A stretch of 32,000 nucleotides of DNA from Acaryochloris marina S15 (GTDB taxonomy: Bacteria > Cyanobacteriota > Cyanobacteriia > Thermosynechococcales > Thermosynechococcaceae): contig NZ_CP064923.1 of NCBI RefSeq assembly GCF_018336915.1, positions 1,650,001-1,682,000 of the forward strand. The letters are read 5' to 3'. A model generated the notes under the pieces. The model did no database searches. It saw only the letters and a program-made list of their open reading frames with translations, and was not told where the DNA came from. Shown here one piece after another: positions 27,544 to 32,000 of the stretch; position 1 is the first letter of the stretch, and each line of letters begins with the position of its first letter. The position numbers and the translations under genes were made by a program.

Positions 27544-28176
27544 TTATAGACATGAACGCAATGCAGTAATGTCTGCACCCACGATTTTCTCTAGATTGGC
27601 GGTAATTTTCTCCATATCCCAATTCCACCAAGCAATCTCTAGCAAGGCCTGAATGACTGTATCGGAGAAACGCTGGCGAATTACCTCGGCAGGATTACCC
27701 CCCACAATGGTGTAGGGTGAGACATCCTTGGTGACCACCGACTGGGCCGCGACAATTGCCCCATCGCCAATCGTGATACCGGGCATGATGACGGTTTCAT
27801 ACCCTATCCAAACATCATTGCCAATGACAGTATCTCCCTTGTAGGGATACTCGTTTCCTTGAGGGGTAAATTGTTGCCAGTCCTTGCCAAAGATCTCAAA
27901 AGGATAGGTCGAGAATCCGGACATCTTATGGTTCGCCCCATTCATGATGAACCGAATGCCCCGGGATAAAGCGCAGAACTTGCCAATGATGAGCTTGTCG
28001 CCGACAAAAGGAAAGTGATAGAGGACGTTTCGCTCGAAGTTCTCGGAGTCAATCGGGTCGTCGTAATAGGTGTAGTCGCCAATCATGATGTTGGGATTAC
28101 TGACCGTATTTTTGATAAAGCAAACCTGAGGGAATCCCGCCATGGGGTGAGCCACATTGGGGTCAGGATAGTCCAT
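27544..28176 (-). CDS. Vat-family xenobiotic O-acetyltransferase (streptogramin A acetyltransferase-like, hexapeptide-repeat)
   Basis: 210-aa ORF colinear with Vat(D)/SatA as I recall them. Matching blocks: FIKN..PNI.IGDYTYYDD, LYHFPF.GDKLIIGKFC, IMNGANHKMSGFSTYPF, GDTVIGNDVWIGYETVIMPGITIGDGAIVAAQSVVTKDV.PYTIVGGNPAEVIRQRF and WWNW. Confidence 0.9.
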   Translation of the reverse strand: MDYPDPNVAHPMAGFPQVCFIKNTVSNPNIMIGDYTYYDDPIDSENFERNVLYHFPFVGDKLIIGKFCALSRGIRFIMNGANHKMSGFSTYPFEIFGKDWQQFTPQGNEYPYKGDTVIGNDVWIGYETVIMPGITIGDGAIVAAQSVVTKDVSPYTIVGGNPAEVIRQRFSDTVIQALLEIAWWNWDMEKITANLEKIVGADITALRSCL

Positions 28177-28181
28177 GGTGC

Positions 28182-29024
28182 TTACTGCTTATTGAGAGAC
28201 CAATCATAGCCTAGATAACCAACTTTATACCCGCCTGCTTTGAGATAGGCTTGGTCTTCAGAAGAAACGTAGTTGCTGATGAAATTCAGAACTGCTTTTT
28301 GCTTATCATCGCCACTGAACTGATCTTTGACTGCAAAGTTGGGCTTCCAATCATCGCCATACCAGTCAAAGATTTTAGACAAATAGACTTTGTTCTCTTG
28401 CCGATCAATGCGGAAACCGCTGTCAGGACGGGCCAACCATCTTTTGACCTGGTCTTCTAATTGAGCATCCACATTTTCGGCTGTGAAGGGCTCATTTCTC
28501 AGGGGCGGGCAGCTCTTGGCGGCACAAACTAGGGCTGCATGAATCCGAGGCTCATTGAAGGTGGGACGAATAATATCATGCTCGATATTGTTGAGGGTTT
28601 TGGATTCACCGGCAAGCTGGAATTTCTTGGAACTCCAGACCCCTGGAATATCTCGAATACTGGCTTTGAGGGGTTCTTGCTCAATGATGGCGAGTAAGGT
28701 CAGGGCATTATAAGCATTCATCAGGTATGCCAATTGCTGATTCTTGTCCCAGCCTTTGTACGTATTTGGGGTAACGGCAGCCAACTGAGCATAGTAGCGA
28801 TCTAGCCCTCCCCGATTTTTTTGCAGTTCCTCGTAATTCACCCAGCCATCATCCGTGACGTATTGCGTCAGCAGCTTGGTATATTCATTGTTGCTAAACG
28901 GCTTATTGGTATCAATGGCAGCCTGAACAGGGATATCTTCGGCACCAATAAATGGTAGATTGGCGCAGCTCGAAAGCAGCAGTACACCTGGTAACAAAAT
29001 AGAAAAGGGTTTTATTTTTTTCAT
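28182..29024 (-). CDS. DUF547-domain lipoprotein
   Basis: Start is at ATG 29024, preceded by GGAGA. The track start at 29045 is a TTG. Lipobox LLLSSC|A. DUF547-like core is NAYNALTLLAII...SIRDI...IEHDIIRP.FNEPRIHAALVCAAKSCPPL. Confidence 0.8.
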   Translation of the reverse strand: MKKIKPFSILLPGVLLLSSCANLPFIGAEDIPVQAAIDTNKPFSNNEYTKLLTQYVTDDGWVNYEELQKNRGGLDRYYAQLAAVTPNTYKGWDKNQQLAYLMNAYNALTLLAIIEQEPLKASIRDIPGVWSSKKFQLAGESKTLNNIEHDIIRPTFNEPRIHAALVCAAKSCPPLRNEPFTAENVDAQLEDQVKRWLARPDSGFRIDRQENKVYLSKIFDWYGDDWKPNFAVKDQFSGDDKQKAVLNFISNYVSSEDQAYLKAGGYKVGYLGYDWSLNKQ

Positions 29025-29087
29025 GTCTATCTCCAGGCATCTCAAAAAAAACTATATGCTTCTATGAAGCCTGATGGAACTGAGAAT

Positions 29088-31115
29088 TTACTGAGATGTC
29101 CCTGGGCTTGGATTAAAAAGTGTTTGGGAACGTCGAATATACCAGCTCCACAGCCATCCCAACACAAAGGGGGTCCATAGCCAAACCCGTTCACTGGTAG
29201 TCAATTGCCAGACACTGATACCTAAACTCTCTCGGTGGGGAAGGGCAAAATAGACAAAGGCCGATAGACTCACCAGACGTGTCCCCCAATTTCCACTGGC
29301 TACAGCAAAGGGGACGAGCCAAGTAAAGTACCAGCCATGAACCACAGGTGAGAGCAGAAGCAGGGTTCCTAGATAGCTTTCAGTATAGTCACCCACTTGG
29401 GTAGAGCGCCAGAGGAGAAAGAGGAGTGCGATCGCAAGGGGTATCAGCAAAATCGCATTGTGCCATTCTGGTGCCGATAACAGCGAGTCAATCGGTAAAA
29501 ATTCAGCGCTGCGGCCTTTGGTCACAAACGAAGAACTCGTGGGAATGAGGGGACAGCTGGTTAGAGAGCAAAACGGTAAGGCACTGATCAGCATGGGTAA
29601 GACTGGCAACAGCACGGAGATGCTAGCCCATTTCCACGCTCGCTGTTTCACAAAGGTCCAGGTGACAAACGCAATGATAGGTAGAGAAATCCATTTGGTG
29701 GCAATACTCACTCCCAACAAGGCTAATCCAGCAATTGTTTTTGTGGCTCGACGAGGTTGAGTATCCAAACAAAGCCAAGCCCAGACCAAGGGCAGAATAA
29801 ACCAGCTATCGTAGTGTGCCCCTCCAGCAAAGGAGTAAATGATCAGTGGATTCCAGGCATAGATAAGGGTTTTTAGAGAACCGAATCGGCGTTGCAGTAG
29901 CCAACAGGTCCCTAAATCTGCTGCCATAAAGGCTATTTTGAAGAGCAATGTAGAGGTAGCTATGGCCGCCAACCCTCTAAAGCCCAATTGAGTAATTGGG
30001 GGATAAATCGCGGAAATATCGGCATTATTGATCATCGACCACCATTCTGTGCGCAGTGGTACGAGTTCGGGGGCCGTGGGGGCGAATTCAAAGGGACTGA
30101 TGCCCAAGTTCTGCAGGCGTCCTTCCCAGAGATAGCGCCAAATATCATTGCCGGGAGCCATGGCTAAAAGGATGCATCGAGTTGCGATCGCAACCATCCA
30201 AAACCACAACTTCGACACCTGAAGCAGTATCCAAGACACCACAAATCCCAATCCCATCACGCTGACCCCTCGCCACAAAGGAGGGACCATTCCCGGCTGG
30301 GTGAAATCTCCATAGGGAACGATCATGGTGCAGCCTGCGATCAGTAGAACAGCGCTGACCCACTGCCATGCGGGATGATTTCGTAGGGCTGACTTAGCAA
30401 AGAGCATCTGCAAATGCTGACCGTAGAGAAAAGCTAGGGTACTTAAAATAATGCTACCGGCCTGGACGCTTCCCTTAATCGTGCCGCTAATTTTGGATCG
30501 TCCGCCTTGGCGAGGGCGATAGCCTTGGGGAATTTCACAAGTGCGTAATTTTTGCTCTGCCGCCTTGGCCTGCATTTCGACTGTCCAGCCGAAGCCGCGA
30601 TCTTGCATATTGAGTTGTTCCAGGCGGGCTCGGCGAATTAAGCGGAGAGGGCCTAAATCTTGAAAGGGATGACCCCAACCCCAGCGAATCAAGGTGGTGG
30701 CTAGGCCGTTTCCCCAATTTTGAACGGGTGTCATGGCAGAGCGACTGTCGGGACGGGCGCGGCGATTACCTAAAATTAAATCGTAATCCTGGCGCTCGGC
30801 AAAAAACTGTGGCAATACGGATAGATCATCGCTACCATCGCCATCACAAAATAGAATCCAGCCGATATGTTCGGGAATGTTCTGCATCCCTTGCCAGCAG
30901 GCTCTGCCATAACCAGGAATCGGTTCAGATACGACTTCGGCTCCGGCGGTATGGGCGGTATGGGCGGTGCGATCGCAACTACCGTTATCCACTACCCGGA
31001 TCCGATGCAATCCCAAATTCTGCAACGAATGAATGACAGTCCCTATCGTTTCTTCCTCGTTTAAAACAGGAATAATGACCAGAATGTCATCAAAATTAGT
31101 GTCAGGAACCGTCAT
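29088..31115 (-). CDS. Fusion glycosyltransferase: N-terminal GT2 (polyprenyl-phosphate sugar synthase-like) plus C-terminal ~14-TM GT-C/DUF2029-like domain
   Basis: 675-aa ORF. The GT2 part has LVIIPVLNEEETI, VVDNGSCDRT and the DxD motif FCDGDGSDD. About 440 aa of polytopic membrane domain follow, with a first-loop acidic motif (PGNDIWRYLWEG) and AIYPPITQLGF, typical of GT-C/DUF2029-type transferases. Confidence 0.8.
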   Translation of the reverse strand: MTVPDTNFDDILVIIPVLNEEETIGTVIHSLQNLGLHRIRVVDNGSCDRTAHTAHTAGAEVVSEPIPGYGRACWQGMQNIPEHIGWILFCDGDGSDDLSVLPQFFAERQDYDLILGNRRARPDSRSAMTPVQNWGNGLATTLIRWGWGHPFQDLGPLRLIRRARLEQLNMQDRGFGWTVEMQAKAAEQKLRTCEIPQGYRPRQGGRSKISGTIKGSVQAGSIILSTLAFLYGQHLQMLFAKSALRNHPAWQWVSAVLLIAGCTMIVPYGDFTQPGMVPPLWRGVSVMGLGFVVSWILLQVSKLWFWMVAIATRCILLAMAPGNDIWRYLWEGRLQNLGISPFEFAPTAPELVPLRTEWWSMINNADISAIYPPITQLGFRGLAAIATSTLLFKIAFMAADLGTCWLLQRRFGSLKTLIYAWNPLIIYSFAGGAHYDSWFILPLVWAWLCLDTQPRRATKTIAGLALLGVSIATKWISLPIIAFVTWTFVKQRAWKWASISVLLPVLPMLISALPFCSLTSCPLIPTSSSFVTKGRSAEFLPIDSLLSAPEWHNAILLIPLAIALLFLLWRSTQVGDYTESYLGTLLLLSPVVHGWYFTWLVPFAVASGNWGTRLVSLSAFVYFALPHRESLGISVWQLTTSERVWLWTPFVLGWLWSWYIRRSQTLFNPSPGTSQ
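30945..30971. repeat. 9-bp tandem repeat (GGCGGTATG x2 plus GGCGGTGCG) inside the GT2 coding region
   Basis: Units lie at 30945..30953, 30954..30962 and 30963..30971. They encode the tripeptide reiteration TAH-TAH-TAG (DRTAHTAHTAGAEV) on the minus strand. The last unit overlaps a HIP1 site. Confidence 0.9.
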
Positions 31116-31229
31116 TCAGAAGTAGTTTTACAAAGCATGCACTATAGTTAGTCAACCTTAACAAGATTAAATTGAAGACCTGACTTAGCTGAGTGTTTGC
31201 TGAGAGCCTAATGAAAGTGCATCGTCACC

Positions 31230-31691
31230 ATGATTATTAGCAAAAGAACGACCATCTTGCTTTGTACGGTCGTCGCAATATCTTGCACGAATAATGAAAG
31301 TCAGCCTCTAGTTGGCAACCGAGAGGAAGAGTCTCCTCCACAACCTACTGCTCCTGCATCTGGTTCACCAGGAATACCTGCAGGGGCTGGTTCATCTACT
31401 CCCCCTGCAAATCCACAGATTCAAACCCGTTCACCTGATCTGCCACACCGAACATCTTGTAATTATTTTGCAGGTAAAGCTTTAGCTGGCCAAGGGATTA
31501 ATCTAGATGTTTGCTCCATTCAGCCTGGGAATTTAAGCCAAGTTCCTTTTGTCTACTATCTTGGCAACGATCGAGTGGAAAGCTCAGCGAACTGTTTAGA
31601 CCAAACGTGGACGACCTATCCAGAGACTCAGGTCCATACCCCTCAATCTGGGGCAACAGAGAAGATGCTAACCCGAGCTTGCCAAGGATAA
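31230..31691 (+). CDS. Small lipoprotein with Pro-rich linker and 4-Cys C-terminal domain, unknown function
   Basis: 153-aa ORF. Signal peptide plus lipobox (VVAISC|T). Pro/Ser/Gly-rich spacer, then a ~80-aa domain with four Cys. Confidence 0.55.
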   Translation: MIISKRTTILLCTVVAISCTNNESQPLVGNREEESPPQPTAPASGSPGIPAGAGSSTPPANPQIQTRSPDLPHRTSCNYFAGKALAGQGINLDVCSIQPGNLSQVPFVYYLGNDRVESSANCLDQTWTTYPETQVHTPQSGATEKMLTRACQG

Positions 31692-31719
31692 CCCCCTTTC
31701 TCTGGAGCGACTGCTTCGA

Positions 31720-32000
31720 TCAAGCACAAGGTAAACGGACGGCAAAAGTGGTGCCTATGCCAATCTGGCTATTCAAAGTGATGGTGCCCTGCAGTAACTC
31801 CACAAACTGTTTAACAATACTCAATCCCAAACCGGTGCCTGGGACATTGCTCACATTCTTGCCACGATAAAACGGATCAAAGATCAGGGACCGATCCTCG
31901 GGAGGAACTCCCATCCCTTGGTCAGAAATTTGAAAGGTGATGAAAGCTTTGCGGCGGGAAACTTTGAATTGGATAACCCCATTGTCAGGGGAGTAACGAA
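31720..32000 (-). CDS. Sensor histidine kinase, C-terminal HATPase_c domain (partial; 5' end outside the window)
   Basis: The frame is open from the window edge: ...VIQFKVSRRKAFITFQISDQGMGVPPEDRSLIFDPFYRGKNVSNVPGTGLGLSIVKQFVELLQGTITLNSQIGIGTTFAVRLP. It carries the G1 (DQGMG), F (FDPFYRG) and G2 (GTGLGLS) boxes. Confidence 0.85.
   Translation of the reverse strand, partial: RYSPDNGVIQFKVSRRKAFITFQISDQGMGVPPEDRSLIFDPFYRGKNVSNVPGTGLGLSIVKQFVELLQGTITLNSQIGIGTTFAVRLPCA

Noticed and set aside
27544-28176. Vat-type acetyltransferase as a horizontally acquired resistance cassette.
   Set aside because: There is no integrase, transposase, attC-like site or flanking repeats. HIP1 sites and composition in the cluster look native. 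It is more likely an intrinsic chromosomal XAT gene.
29458-31064. Plus-strand ORFs of 65-102 aa (29458..29760, 30728..31036, 30867..31064) and minus-strand out-of-frame ORFs (30145..30369, 30535..30717) inside the glycosyltransferase gene.
   Set aside because: They are antisense or out-of-frame shadows of a long motif-bearing ORF, with Arg/Gly-rich nonsense composition.
1-32000. Search by eye for tRNA T-loop signatures (GGTTCGAATCC-like), rRNA, CRISPR repeat arrays, IS terminal inverted repeats and long duplicated segments.
   Set aside because: None was found. All intergenic regions are under 500 bp and show only the short repeats reported above. A computational scan (tRNAscan-SE, Infernal/Rfam, CRISPR finders) would be needed to exclude small ncRNAs.

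Overview
The window looks like a cyanobacterial chromosomal segment. The evidence is 10 copies of the HIP1 palindrome GCGATCGC and gene content typical of the phylum. I cannot name a species from sequence alone.

It is densely coding, with about 33 protein genes, mostly housekeeping. In order:
- A Ser/Thr kinase running off the left edge (absent from the ORF track), divergent from a HerA/DUF87-type ATPase.
- A lipoprotein, a Gpt-like phosphoribosyltransferase, and two small conserved proteins.
- An oxidative-stress cluster on the minus strand: Gfo/Idh/MocA oxidoreductase, sulfiredoxin and Dps.
- A STAS-domain protein, then the mini-RNase III and RlmB pair, and a DUF1816-like protein.
- A co-directional array of a zinc-ribbon/FHA protein, carA and an alpha/beta hydrolase.
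- A lone sugar-type ABC permease, mreB-mreC-mreD, dxs and mtnA.
- A metallophosphoesterase, a membrane protein, and a second Ser/Thr kinase with a transmembrane segment and an unknown C-terminal domain.
- A TVP38/DedA-like membrane protein.
- A minus-strand cluster: a GT2 plus GT-C-like fusion glycosyltransferase, a DUF547 lipoprotein and a Vat-type acetyltransferase.
- A small lipoprotein and the C-terminus of a histidine kinase at the right edge.

I recognised no rRNA, tRNA, CRISPR array, transposase, integrase or phage gene. I do not see a convincing self-contained novel multi-gene system. The signals most worth follow-up are:
1. A Fur-family-type 7-1-7 operator overlapping a near-consensus promoter in front of sulfiredoxin-dps.
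2. A STAS gene with no canonical start codon, but an AGGAGG plus ATT arrangement.
3. A zinc-ribbon/FHA protein whose C-terminus looks like an HPt domain with Glu in place of the phospho-His.
4. The tightly packed GT2/GT-C fusion, DUF547 and Vat acetyltransferase cluster.
5. An orphan HerA-like ATPase.
6. An AT-only perfect inverted repeat inside a 420-bp convergent spacer.

All functional calls come from motifs read by eye. No database search was possible.
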